This document shows positions 1 through 12,620 of a stretch of 64,000 bases of DNA, in pieces. Made by a program: the position numbers and the translations under genes. Under the pieces are notes generated by a model that was given only the letters and a program-made list of their open reading frames with translations, was not told the origin of the DNA and made no database searches. The DNA comes from Daphnia carinata (Eukaryota): positions 7,750,001-7,814,000 of the forward strand of contig NC_081331.1 in the NCBI RefSeq assembly GCF_022539665.2, in the 5' to 3' direction. Position 1 is the first letter of the stretch; the number at the start of each line of letters is the position of its first letter.

Positions 1-223
1 ATGCTTATTACAACTCTAACATTTTTTCTTATGAAATATTGATACATTTTGGCTGTAAAATATTATTTTACTGGCGTTGATATTTACTTATTCATCTAAC
101 ATATTCTTTCTGAAAATTATTTTATTCGTATGAGTCATTAATGAACATTTTTACTTATGAAACGTTGTTCTTATTTTAATATTCAGCACCAAGCACAAGT
201 TGTTATCGTATCACCGTAAGAAT

Positions 224-1440
224 TCATTGAACACAAATCCTTAAATTTTTTTGAATGGGCGCCCGGCAAAAGCAGCAAAAAGGGCCGACACGGTTGCGCA
301 TGTTGCACAGAGGGTGTGTCCACACGAAATAAAAGCAGTATCTATGGTGTTGATTAGGCACACACCACAAAGATTATGTGCAGCAGTGTAAGCAGCAGTG
401 TCTGCGGGAGCATCAGCGTCAGCAAAAGCAGCATCGTCACCGGAAGCAGCAGCGTCAGCGAGAGCAGCGTCAGCGGGATCAACCACCTCTACGGGGACAG
501 CAAATTCTATCGGAGCAGCAGGTACCATGATGATGTTTTGAGATTCCCCGTGGCGTCGTCTTTGACGTATAGGAAACGCTGGAGCGTCCTCACCAGGCCT
601 AAGATGGCGTGGCATTTGGTGATTTCGGATATGTCTTGGCAAAAATGCAGATTGGTTATGCACGATGACAACTGGATCGTGAACGATAACTTGAAACCCA
701 TCGAAGATTCTTTCTTGTGACAACAAAGCTAGAGCGATCAGCATCTTAACTAGTCGATGGATAATCCCCCTAGCAACATAAGCAACAGCAAGTCCTTCTT
801 GGCAGGCTCTTCGGTAGATGGCTTGAGCGAGAGAGACAGAAAAATTATTTCACAATTAATATTCAATCATAAAGTATGCAACATTAGGCACCATTATTCC
901 GTCATGCAATTTAATAATGACTGTGCTACTTAGACAAGAATAGTAGAACCAACATCCATGACTTTTTCCTGTTGGAAGTGCACTTTCCATGGCTACGAGA
1001 ATAGCCTCTTCGTAGTCGGAAGTCACCACTTTAACTGCAAATCCGCCTGCGGGAAACTCCGTCTCAACCACCTCTAAAACCCTCCGCATTATGCAATTGT
1101 AGAGCTGTACGGTGTTCTCTGTCATCAGAACATACGCAATCGGGAACGACTGTAAGATGGCAAATTTTCAAGTATTCGTAAATTTATATGTAATTGTTGA
1201 ATACAATGTTTACTTTTTCTTTAAACATGATATGGGCCGTAAATAGAAATATCGCTGATAGAACAAGGGAGGCATGGAACATACATACGCTGAAGTCCAT
1301 TACGTTGTTCACTAGCGAGATTGATACACTCGTTCGCGACTGCTATTCTTCTGATTTCGTCCGTTTCGTTTTCGTGGTTGTGCTCGCTTAGGGTAATGAT
1401 AGCTTTTGAAGGGCAGGACAAGCAAGTCTTCTGTGGAATG
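224..1440 (-). pseudogene. Degenerate Mutator/MULE transposase with a C-terminal RING finger
   Basis: Minus strand, in order: FLYWCH/WRKY-like remnant (CLSCPSKAIITLSEHNHE), MULE core (SFPIAYVLMTENTVQLY...VVTSDYEEAILVAM...GCWFYY), then QAIYRRACQEGLAVAY...RLVKMLIALALL...FDGF. This runs into an Ala/Asp-rich linker and CGVC...FISCGHTLCATC. A 1-nt frameshift near 295 restores ...CCFCRAPIQKNLRI* (stop 224-226). The first catalytic Asp segment was not found. Confidence 0.75.
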
Positions 1441-1824
1441 TAGGCGGCCGATGACTAACAAAATCCGTTAAGCGCCAAGCGGCAGACGGAAACAAGGTGA
1501 TTCCGTTTACTTGTAAGCGGCAAAGTTCATATCAGAATTTTAGTGACAGAGGTAGCAGCGTCTTGGTCTATAACACTGATTATGTTCAACATAGTTTTGC
1601 TGATCGGGCTCAAATTTTCATGGCACTTAAGACACAAGGATACCGAATCATTTCAGAAGTACGCTGATGTCTCTTTTAGCAAGCGCGGCGGTGATATTCC
1701 GCCGATGCGTTACGGTAAGGTCAGTTACGGTTTAGCCAAACAACAGGGTAATAGAAAAGATTTACCACTTTGTTAGATGAATGCACAATTATAAGACATG
1801 TACTCTTTTGGGCGAGTTACATAA

Positions 1825-2092
1825 AGGACTCCAGGGTTTCCGACTTTTGGTTGCAGGTTTCCGACACTTGGGCATCTGGAGCCCGACGTTTGAACTACTG
1901 GTCCCCGACGTTTGGGCTCACCAATAAATTGTTGCTGAACCCAATGAGCGCTACATTTTCCGACAAGAGGACTCCCGTGCCATCGACATTAGGACCTTTT
2001 TTTTACTTGATGGTTGGGACTGTAAACGTCAAACGGACTCGCATGTAAACCTCAAACGAATTCCCGATCTACCGACAATGGACTCTCGATAC
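1825..2092. repeat. Degenerate short-motif array (TTCCGAC/CCCGACGTTT...GGAC), probable terminal-repeat region of the MULE element
   Basis: Many CCGAC-containing units upstream of the minus-strand MULE ORF. The partner terminus is not seen in the window. Confidence 0.4.
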
Positions 2093-2219
2093 AGGTAAAC
2101 ATTTATTTCTTTTATTTCTTACACCTATAGTATTGTCAAGTAGGTAGGTATTTAATTAATGTAATTACTATAGTGATGTTTTTCTATGATATATCGTTTT
2201 ATGAATTGTAATATTTGTA

Positions 2220-5200
2220 TTATAGCAAAAAAGTATTAACATCGGGGGTGAAAACAATGACGATCTTGGTGTGGCCGGCAACGGTGGTCGGAACCAAACA
2301 GCCGTAACAGCGTCGCTGGGCAAAGAGGAGCTCCAATCGATCCTGATTTGTGAGGAGCATAAAGTCCTCACATTCGGAAATCTTTGTTTTGCATGGGGTT
2401 GCTCCCGAGACGTGCGACTTCAGGAAGCACATGATGTTTGCGGTGTCCAGCGGCACGATAAACGTGGGACGATCTGGGGTGGCAATCGACGTGGGTACCT
2501 GAGTGTCGGCCGCCTTTTCTCGATCCTTACGAAGTAGAGACCCGATGTACCCACTCATCAGGGTCTCTCGTTCGGTCTTGAAGTGGAAGTGCACGTTTAC
2601 AAGGTCTTGCTACATTCTTTGTCGAGACGGAGGATTGCCCGTTGATACATGTATCTTGCCACCTTGTCGGTGGCTTCCTTTTTAGCTCGCACAATGTCCC
2701 CGATCATTTCCTTGATGCTGGCCGCACATTGCTCCTCACGCTCCCGACTCACTTTTAACTTTTCTTTACGGATGCTTGATGATTTCATGAGCGGATTTTC
2801 TGCCGTAGCCATAATACATAGTTTAGGCACAGGACGAATACATGGTCTTGGATGGTTACTGAGCTTCACTTTTACTACTCGAACAACATTGTCAGTAGGG
2901 CTGGGAATAACTTCAAGCGCATTGCCAAACGGCCACTGCCCACGCAAGGTATTTGGTTCAATTACAAGCACCAGATCTCGCACGGTGATGTTAGGCCCAT
3001 TTTCTTGCCATTTTCTTCTTTCTGTTAAGTGGGGAATGTATTCACGTAGCCATCTATTCCAAAAATGTTGGAGGATGGCTTGGCTTTGCAGAACCTGCTT
3101 GGTAGTAACGTTCATATTTTCCACTTCGGCCAGCTGGAGAGGCAAGTACGGCTGAGCTCCACCGTATAGGAAGTGATTGGGCGTTAAGGAATCCGGGTCT
3201 TCTAGATCAATACTTGCGGTATATATATCAATAGGTGCGTTAACGGCCGGACATTTAACAGAGCAGCCACTTCGACAACGAAGGTTCGTAATGGTAGCCG
3301 GTGAAATAGGACTGAAACGAAATAGGACTGGAGAAATATGACTGAAAATTTCCAGTCCTATTTCTACCGGAGAAATAGGACTGGGAGAAATAGGACTGAC
3401 TTTTAAAAACTTTTAGGACAGTCCTATTTCTCCATGGCATCAGTCCTATTTCTCCTCGGCATCAGTCCTATTTCTCCTTAGAAATAGTTCTATTTCATCT
3501 ACCTTGTTCCAAGAGGAACGATGAGCCTCCAATCCGGTGGGCAATGTATTACGTAAGAGCGGCGGCTTATATCCGTTTCCCTTTTTAAAAAACCGATGGT
3601 GTTAACTCATTAGATAAATGGTTCACAAAACTTTTTTTTCTTATCCTATTTTAATTTAAATTACAGGGGAACATGAACTATATTGTATTTAATAGAGTTC
3701 ATTTAACAAACTACTATTAGACATACTACAGAAATATTTATTACTTATATCGCACATTATGTGGTCATAACCAACTTTTCCAATTGAACTAATGTTTTAC
3801 TATTTCATACATCTTTCGTTATATACAGCTCTTACATATTCTGATTTTGCTCTAATAATATTTTATTAAATGAACTCCATTAGATTCAAAATAATTCATG
3901 TTCCCTGTTGGAGGCTCATCGTTCCCCTTGGAACAAGGTAAATGAAATAGATTTATTTCTTAGGAGAAATAGGACTGATGCCGAGGAGAAATAGGACTGT
4001 CCTAAAAGTTTTTAAAAGTCAGTCCTATTTCTCCCAGTCCCATTTCTCCGGTATAAATAGGACTGGAAATTTTCAGTCCTATTTTTCCAGTCCTATTTCG
4101 TTTCAGTCCTATTTCACCGCCAATCTTCGTAATACTTGGTCCTTGACTAGGCAATTACCTAAGCTGGTTTTCATTGCCCGCTTGCAAAACTGTACGATTC
4201 TTTCCCAAACACCACCAAAGTAAGGTCCATGGGGTTGAGAAAACTGCCACGCCATTTGTTGGGAAGCCATTACCGTTTGAAGTTCTTCGTATTTAATGAC
4301 AAGTTCTTCTAGGGCTTGTGGAAGCTTCTGCTCTGTGGCAACAAAGTTTGTTCCGTTGTCACTATAAACCACTTTCGGCTTCCCTAGCAGGCTGGTAAAG
4401 CGGGAGAAACAGAGCAGAAACTCCTCCAACTAAGTCCGTCGGCTACTTCCAGGTAAGCTAAGTCCAGGTAGCTAAGTCCGTTGTGCTGGTAGTTAAGCCA
4501 TCAACGGAGGGCTAGTCTTCGCCGACTTGCGAATGCAAGGCGAGCAGTTGTGGATTACAGATTTTACCACCTTGCGACCAGAAAAGTATCCAATAACGTG
4601 AACGTAGGTCAGTCAACAATCTCTCGGTCTTGACGTGCAGATTTCTAATGTGATGATCCCAAATGATCCTTCGTGTTAAAAGTTGAGTAGCTGGCAGGAG
4701 TATGGGGTGTTTAGTTGCGTAATCTATTGGCGCGTAAAGTATACGTCCACCTACTCGCAAGTGCCCAACTTCATTCAGGAAGGGCTTGAAGATGCGAAGT
4801 TTGCATCTGAGTGGCAATTCCAGATTCTTGCGAAGGGCGAAGAGTTTTTCAGCAAAGGCCAATTCCTGTGCACGTTTGATGCATATTACCAGAGACGTCA
4901 CCATTTCTTCTGCCTTTAGCTCTCCGACCATTAGCTTATCGCAACGTAATTTCGCCCGAGCGTTTGTAGTAAACCTTTTACTCCAAGCTAGAACTCGTTG
5001 GAGTTTCAACAGACTGGAATAACGGGTGACACATCGATCGATGACGTGGTTTTCATCTTCCGTTTTTACTGCCAAGATACGAATCAGGTTTACATACCGT
5101 TCTTCTGGCTCCGTAATTTCTTCCCGAGTGTACCATTACGAGGGGTCCAGATTCAGAAACGGAGGTCCTTTGTGAAAGTTAATCAACTCTTTGACATCCT

Positions 5201-7800
5201 TTCGGTCGATGCCCCAACTGCAGAAGCCCGCTGGGTTTGAGTCTCCAGTAACATGACGCCATTGTCGACGGCCCGTGTTCCGGTGTATCTTGCCGATACG
5301 ATTGTTGACGAAGACTTCAAATCGGCAGGTTTTCGAATGGATACACCGCAGCACCGTTTGTGAGTCCGTGTAGAAGGTTACTTGACGCAAGTCAATTCCC
5401 AGTTCACGACAAATCGTGGCGATGTTGAAACCTTCTACTGCAGCTTGTAGCTCTAAACGTGGAATAGTGAGACTTTTTACCAGTGTAACGTGTGATTTTG
5501 ACATAACAAACGACACGTTAATCGACTGATACGGTGCGGAATACGGTACGGAAGTAAGCTACTGCTCCGTTACCTTTGGAGCTTGCATCTGTAAAGACGT
5601 GGAGGTGCTGATGGGTCCAAATCCGCGTTGGAATGGGAAACATCTCGGAATCGAAAGAGATTCCAAGATGGTCGTACCAGTAATAAAAACGTTGACCCAA
5701 TGCAACTGGTAACGCGTCGTCCCAACCAATCCGTTTCTCGTCTGTCCAGATGTCTTGGAGAAAACACTTCATGAGGAAGATAACAGGTGCTACGAGTCCG
5801 AGAGGGTCGTAGACACTAGAGATGATGCTTAGGAAGGCTCTCTTGATGAGGGTCTCGTCGTTCGATGGCTTTCGTATCTTAAAAGTCACCATATCTCTCT
5901 CGCTATCCCACATTACCCCGAGCGTTCTTTCAACGGTGAATATTTCCAAGTCTAGTTCCAAAGTTGGTGAAGCGATGCCGAATTCTTGTAGCGCTGCTAT
6001 CACCGTCCTCGATGACGACGTTCATTTTGTTAAGTTGAACCCGCCTAACTGAAGAAGGGATTTCATTTGGCGGAACCGTTTGGCTGCTTCACCTTCAGAG
6101 TCGAGGTAATTGTCGACGTAGAAATTCAGTCGAACACTATCAGTTACTTCTGGAAACTGGTCGCGATGGTCGTCGGAGATGATATTGCACCAAATACAGT
6201 CATCTGGTACATTAACGGGGCTGAAATACTGCCAGGCGTTCGGTATATAAATCGGAAAACTGCCTGGTCTTCTTCGGGAAGTTTCACTTGATGAAAGATT
6301 TTTTTGGATATCCGCTGCGACTGGTACACGGTTGCAGTGAAAGCGGATGAGAACACCGAGCAAGCTAACAAGAAGGTTGGGTCCCCAAAGCAAGTTCTGG
6401 TTTATCGATGTGCCACCAAACTCAACAGCCCCATCGAAAATATCTCGAACTTTAGTTGATGAGCTGGATGTCACGACCCCGTGGTGCGGTAGGTTCCACG
6501 TCTTGTTCGTCCCCTTCGTGCTTCTTGAGTCGTGAGGAGTCAGGCATGTTTCAAACCGATGTACTCCTTGACCACTGCATCCTACTTTCGAGCAAACTCC
6601 GCGTCTCGATGAAAACGTCTTTCGAGAGCGTAGAGCCTCTTCAATGCAGACGACCGATTGTTCTTGGGCGATGGACCCAGTTGTTACAGCCGGTGGCTTA
6701 ATGGAAGCTACATGATCATGGGCCTCTGCGACGTCGATTCCTATCAGCACGGTCACGTCCTCCTGTTGAACTATCGGGGCGTCAATACCACGTAGGTGTA
6801 TTCATGACCCCAACTGTCGAGGGGTCGATCGGGGAATTAGGCGTCACGTCAAATTTCGACCAAGCATTCAAATTTTCGACGGCGTAAGCGTACTTGACTT
6901 CAAACTGGCTTTTACCATCACGAGTTGTTAGAGGTAAGTTTACTACGGAAACCGCAACACTAGACGTGGCTACTTCATACGAGACAACGTTGATGCGTTT
7001 AGATTTCCCAAAGAGTCCCAACTTCTTTACTACGTCGGTCCAATCAGCGTTATGTCGCTCCCGGTATCCAGGAAACCGAGTGTCGACCAACTGGTACGAT
7101 CTTAAAACGTACACGTCGTTTTATGGTTTCCAAATGGGTCAAGGTCTCAAGGAATGCTGTCGATGTTGTCGCTAATGGAGCAGGTTGATCCGCTAGCTTC
7201 CTCAATGGGATGAATTCCCAGCAATAATACAGCTGATATCCCTGGGACATTTCTTGCGTTCGTGTTTTCCCGTAAGACATAACAAACATCTTCCGGACTT
7301 GAATACTTTCTCAACTCTTTTCGTGGGCGTGAGCGACCTGAAAACGGTACTGGTTGAAAGATTGTGGACCTGCCGTTACATACAAGGCATTTCCACCGCT
7401 CCGTCTTCTCGGCTTGTATCTTCCCCGATGTCGTTCGGCTCCTTGGAGCATGGTTGCTGAAGATGGCGACGCCCATAATCTGGAACCTTCCATCGTTGAT
7501 ACGTGTACAATGGTCGACGTGTGTGGGACGCTGGGGCTCTTAACATGCTTCCTTTCGTCGAACTTGACACCTTTGGACGTCGACGTGAGTAAAGACTCGA
7601 ATACATTTTTCCCATGCTGTTTGCTTATGGATTTCAACGTTAACCAGTCGTCTACGTCTAGAACATTCAATTCTATGCCTGCTTCTTTTCGTTTTTCGTT
7701 CCACTTATCCTTGAGGTGAGGCGTCAATTTTGCTTCAGGGGCTATCAACGTGGTGCGGCTGTAAAGCTCGTTGGTGTATTTCGATTTGTATTTCATTTAC
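2220..7800 (-). mobile_element. Decayed BEL/Pao LTR retrotransposon (gag-PR-RT-RH-IN), many frameshifts
   Basis: Gag with Cys knuckle remnant (7150-7800), protease FLDTGS (about 7060-7077), RT (WNLPHHGV, INQNLLWGPNLL, NFYVDNYLDS), Pao-type RNase H (LHVFTDAS, TIPRLELQAA), integrase (SDNGTNF, GGVWER) and C-terminal FWNRWLREY...GQWP. No LTR pair found. Confidence 0.93.
3293..4125. mobile_element. Non-autonomous foldback-type MITE (833 bp) with about 220-240 bp TIRs built of GAAATAGGACTG units, 8-bp TSD
   Basis: Ends are inverted repeats (GGTAGCCGGTGAAATAGG / reverse complement GATTGGCGGTGAAATAGG). TTCGTAAT is duplicated at 3285-3292 and 4126-4133. Removing the element restores the BEL integrase reading DQVLRTFVVEVAALLNVRPLTHL. 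Confidence 0.9.
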
Positions 7801-7860
7801 TGCTCCGCGAAGACGGTTTGCACAAGTCTTGAGGCTGGCAGCATCTAGACTAGTATCTCT

Positions 7861-8171
7861 TGTTAGAATTCAAGAGTATTCAGTTAGCTAGAGGCTTCTG
7901 TGTTATCACAGGCTTCTGTGTTGTCACAGGCTTCTGCATTGACTACAGGTAATTCTATCGTTAAATAATAACTGTGCAAACATTTAATTATAATATATAT
8001 ATAGATATATGTTAATACCTTGAAAAGAAAAGGTTGTAGGGGATATCAATCAACATGGTTTATTTCAGCAGACGACAGAATAGAGAGAGAACAATATAGC
8101 AAAAGAAAGCCTGCCACCATGGAGTAGCAGATAGCACCCTCTAACGCGATTCTTGTATAAGTGTTCTAACA
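7861..8171 (-). mobile_element. Probable isolated LTR
   Basis: TGTTAGAA...TTCTAACA inverted ends, minus-strand AATAAA, and an internal 18-bp tandem repeat (AGGCTTCTGTGTTRTCAC). The flanks do not match, so no TSD. Confidence 0.5.
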
Positions 8172-8728
8172 CTAACATAGGAGTGTTAATCAACGCCATC
8201 TATTTGTCAATTATTTATGTTTGGTGAAACTCCAACATCTCTGCCAATTGTATGATTCTGTTCGAGCAGCCTATCCAACTTGGGATTTATAATTTAGCAA
8301 CTCGTTCGAAAGTCCAAAGAGAAAGTTTGAAAGTTTTTCGTATATTATTATTAGCAGGAGTGTATTGTACAATATGCTAGTTCTGGTATAAATTATGTAA
8401 GAAGGTTGAAAAGAATGTTGAACCTCTCCTCGAGCGATTCGCCGCTCAACAACCAAAAGTGATAAAAACCCCCCATTATCTGCCTTGTGAATTTCGCTTT
8501 GTTTTAATATAAATGCCGTTTATGATGTTAAAATCTGTAGCTGATATTGTTTTAGTTTTCTGAGAGCTGCTTCGACTGTACCTTTACTGTAATACACGGA
8601 TTACAAGGAACTTTACAATTCATGGTTCCATCAAGACTAACATTTGTTACAAACAGACAGTTTATTATTCACGTCTTACTTTAGTTTAAATTCTCTACAT
8701 TCTCAGAACGAATCTTCAAAACCACTGA

Positions 8729-10460
8729 CATGGCAACACCAACGAAGTAAGTGAATGTCGTTTGCTCTTCCTGTAAAGGAAACAACTCTAAAAAAGAATA
8801 CCTTATATCCAAGTATTGTTGACGAACAAGTATTACCCTTACATCACGCAGTACAAGAACCTGACGCAACCAACTCAGACCCTAACCTAAATTGTCTCCG
8901 ACAAAATTTTTTCGACCACTCGAAAACTCTTGTGGGACTTTAAATGTAAATGAGCCAAGACAGAAAGAAAATAAAACAATACCGAACGGCTTCAACAACA
9001 GCAGATATCCAAGATTTGTTAGTCCAGAAACGAGTAAGTAAACGGAAAATGCATTAGGCCTTCACTTGAAGCACTTGACATAAGATTAATAAGAATATCT
9101 ATACTAGAACTAACGGTTCAACTAACAAATGGCATAAGATCAAAAACTGCTGTAAATACCACAGGGATACTCAAAGATAATGGGGAAGCTCTTGCTGGGG
9201 ACATTAAAAATCTCAAAAACCCAATCCAACAAGTAAAACATACTGCATGGAAAAGAAAAGAATGTTCATTCGGCCCCATAAATATATTGCTAAAAGAAAC
9301 AGTACTTGCATAGATTGAACGGGAAAACAGTCATCTAAGTTAAATTTTGAGAAACGAAACTTACGAAAGCAACTAGACAACAAAAAAACTATTCCAAATA
9401 TTCACTAGCTAGCTCATAGGAACCACTTCAAGAAACTAACAAATTTCTCAAGAAATTTTCACGAAAAAGCCAACATTCTAAGCAGCAACGGAAAACCCGA
9501 TCCAGAACCTCCTAAGTAGAGAGGACAAAAAACAATGAACAAACTTGAAATTGAAAGAAGGGAGCTCATCTACACAACAATAAGAGAAAATGATGAACTC
9601 ACAGATGAGCTCACTTTCTACATTTTAAAATATTGAGCCAACCTGTCATTGAATTATCTTATTCCTCGTATGCTTACCTATCTTCATCGTATGTAACTCT
9701 TTCCCAAGGATTATACAAAATTTTTCCAAACGGCGAAGTTCCAGGAGGCACACAGACAACATGGAACATGATCAGGAATTAACTTCAATAATCAGAGGAC
9801 AAGCATATAGCCCAGAAGTAGCTACTGAACAACAATTTACGAAAACCATCGCCCCGCACCATAACAGAAAGGCATGGCCAGATAGGCCGAGTGCACAATG
9901 AGAATCAAGCATAACCCTACTGTGGAAGGCAGTTGGGAATGAGGAAAACCAAACAATTGCACCGGAAAATACACGACGTGCACTTTGTTGTTGGATACGA
10001 CATGGTATAGAAAGATTTATGCACATGGGATTCAGACTAAACGAAACAAGCAATAAAAAGCCCAAAACAATGTAAAAAAACGGCAGTCACGTCACTCCAA
10101 ACCTTAATGCTGAAGAAACGAAACAACGGTCAAGGGCTTCAACAAAACAAAAATGCTGTGCACCTGTAATTTATATGGGAAAGGAAATGTCCATCATCAT
10201 CAACAACAAGCCTATTGTGAATCATCAAGACAGTATTACAGAAATCGCCAATATCGAGGAAGAGACTGAAAACAACATTACCTATGAGCCAGAATATGAT
10301 GAAGAGGATAGTCTTGCAGCGTTTATTAAAAGATACGAACTGAGAATTAGGGAACCAAAATACAACTGCAAGATGAAGACGATTCTAGCGTTTTTTGCCG
10401 CTAGAGCAGACACAACCAGACGTCAACCTTCTTGTCTTCATGTGAGATCTCTTGGTTAGT
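8729..10460 (+). pseudogene. A-rich, heavily decayed coding-like remnant, possibly retrotransposon gag
   Basis: Strong A skew and short K/E/N-rich ORF pieces. No diagnostic motif recognised. Confidence 0.3.
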
Positions 10461-10849
10461 TGTTTGTAAATGTAATCATTTTGACTCGGATTCCCTTTTT
10501 TTTTTTTTTGCATTTTCGGATATTCATTACTGCTGGGTCTGAATGTCGGGTTTTCGACGGCACAGAACCATTTTCGGGCTTCGAACCACAATATTACCTT
10601 CGGGGCCAAAGGGGCAAGGTTCAACATCCAACCGCAAGGTACCGCATCCGTCTGCGACGAAGACGAGCTGTCCCAAGTTGGAATTTATCCTTGCGGGAGA
10701 GGAATCCGCACCAGCAGACATGACCGAGCAAATTGTGCCGTTAAATAGATTCCCTAAGGTCGCAGCGGCTGACGGTGCGGCGGGGTAAATCAGGTGGTCC
10801 AAATCGCCGGAATTGTTAACGCACAACAACAACAAAAAACAACGAGGCT

Positions 10850-11650
10850 ATTCAAGCACTTGCTGCCCCTTTACCAGCTGCACAGACGGTCCGTCCATCG
10901 ACGATCGCTGTCAGCTCCATACAATGCTCTCGGGGGCTGTGGATGAGGATGCACAAGGCTTTGTTGACACGTAGAACGGCTTGCTGGTTAGAGGGGTGGA
11001 TGGAGGAAAACCACATCATAGTAGCTTTGTCACGTCTCGAGGACACTGCCTCCCAATGGCGCGTGAAAACAGGACATCATCACGCTACCTGTACGCTTTG
11101 ATCAGACGCTTTGGTAGCTAACGTCGTTTGTAAGCATCCGTTTTTGAAATGGAGTTCCCTCGTAGATGCAAGAATGTAGAAGCCGGAAAAATCTTGGCTG
11201 TAATATGCCTTGGACACGCGTCGACGGGGTCGTCGTTAACCCGTCCCACTGCCGGAGGCATACGTTATCAAGGTATTGCTAAGGAGTCTCGCAAAGCAGA
11301 TTCACGTTGCACGTTGCAGGCCTAACTTCTGCCTTACCGGTAGACTTTATGGCCTTCTTAACTCGACTCCGAGTTGGGTTGACGCCTCCCGTGCCAAGTG
11401 TATCCGCCTCAAGACTTACACCGATTTTGAAAACAATAATTCCTGTTTTCACAACCCTTCACCAAATGGCGCTGTTCCAGCAACCCAGAACTTGGCCGTG
11501 CTCTTTCGAAACCTGGGAGAAAGCTTAGTCAACCAAATGTCGTCGTCGCTGTCACGACTGACAGTTAATCCAGGTTCTAGCGGTCGGTGTGTGGGTGGTA
11601 GTAAATTTATACCGAGAGGTCTGAGGACGATAACTTTTGTGTAGCGTCCA
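10850..11650 (+). mobile_element. Ty3/Gypsy gag remnant
   Basis: Frameshifted peptide SGAVDEDAQGFVDT/VERLAG.EGWMEENHIIVALSRLEDTASQW resembles retrotransposon capsid. Confidence 0.55.
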
Positions 11651-11899
11651 TCTGATACCTGAGTGACTGAAAATGATGTGGACGTGATAATCGCGCACGG
11701 TGGTGACTGCAGCTTCCTCCCCGGCGGAAAGGATGCTTGATTGTTCTGGATTATTGTTGCAATAAAGAATCCTCGGACATCATCCATTTCCTCTGCCACC
11801 TAAAGTTGGCTTCAGGAGAGGCAGACCGCGTTATCATGTTTTTTTCCACTACGATATACGATAGTTCTATCGTATTCCTGGAAGAAGAGGCTCCAGCGT

Positions 11900-12620
11900 G
11901 CCTAACGTTGTAAGACGTCTTTGCTGGTCACTAACCAACACAATGCTTGATAATCGATAACCACTTTCACTTGACACCCCCACACAAAACATTGAAACTT
12001 GGTAAGGCACCACACTAATGCAAGACACTCTTTTTCCATAATTTAATAATTTTATTCAATTAAGATATTTCGATTCCCTCGATGCGCTGCGCTAGCACAC
12101 CTCCAATGCCGTAAACGTACGTGTTTGATAAAATTTACATTTGAAAATCGTAGTTTAAATGAGTTAGCACTGGAGCTGACGCAATCGCCTCATTCAGATA
12201 TTGAAGCATTTAACACAATCCGTTTCTCAAAGAAAGGAGTTTCTTTCTTAGTTAACGAAGTGAGTGGAAGTGCTATGGCCGCAAACTGCTGGATGTGACG
12301 CCGATAATGGGAGGTTAATCCCAGGAAACTTTGCACTTGTTTAACGTTGTTTGTCGTCGAATGACCTACCGCTTTAGATAGAAAATTCTGATGGCCTCCA
12401 ACTTTTCAGGATCTGGACCTACACCTTCCTTAGTAACAACGTGCTCTAAAAATTTTTAAATATACTCATCAACAATACGCTTTGGCCACTTACGTTTTGG
12501 TCCAATTCCAAGGTAATGCAACACTAAATACAATCGTTTCAGATGTTGTTCAAACAAACAAAAAACTTTCACTAGGGCCACGAGAGAAGACCAACGGCTG
12601 TCAGATTGCTCGATTATTCC
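11900..12620 (-). mobile_element. Ty3/Gypsy RT-RNase H remnant
   Basis: GIIEQSDSRWSSLVALVK, HVVTKEGVGPDPEKLEAI and VKQVQSFLGLTSHYRRHIQQFAAIALPLTSLTKKE in mixed frames. Confidence 0.85.

Noticed and set aside
376..720. Ser-rich plus-strand ORF and other antisense ORFs over TE or host coding regions
   Set aside because: Shadow frames of the real coding strand, here the GCT/GAC-rich linker.
3300..4118. CRISPR-like array of GAAATAGGACTG repeats
   Set aside because: Units are 12 bp, occur in both orientations, lack unique spacers and cas genes, and form TIRs bounded by a TSD in eukaryotic DNA.
3255..4223. Near-identical ORFs MPWRNRTVLKVF / MPRRNRTVLKVF on opposite strands
   Set aside because: By-product of the MITE inverted repeats.
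7861..8171. 5' LTR of the adjacent BEL element
   Set aside because: No PBS next to it, no matching copy near 2200, and the BEL gag is truncated at this side.
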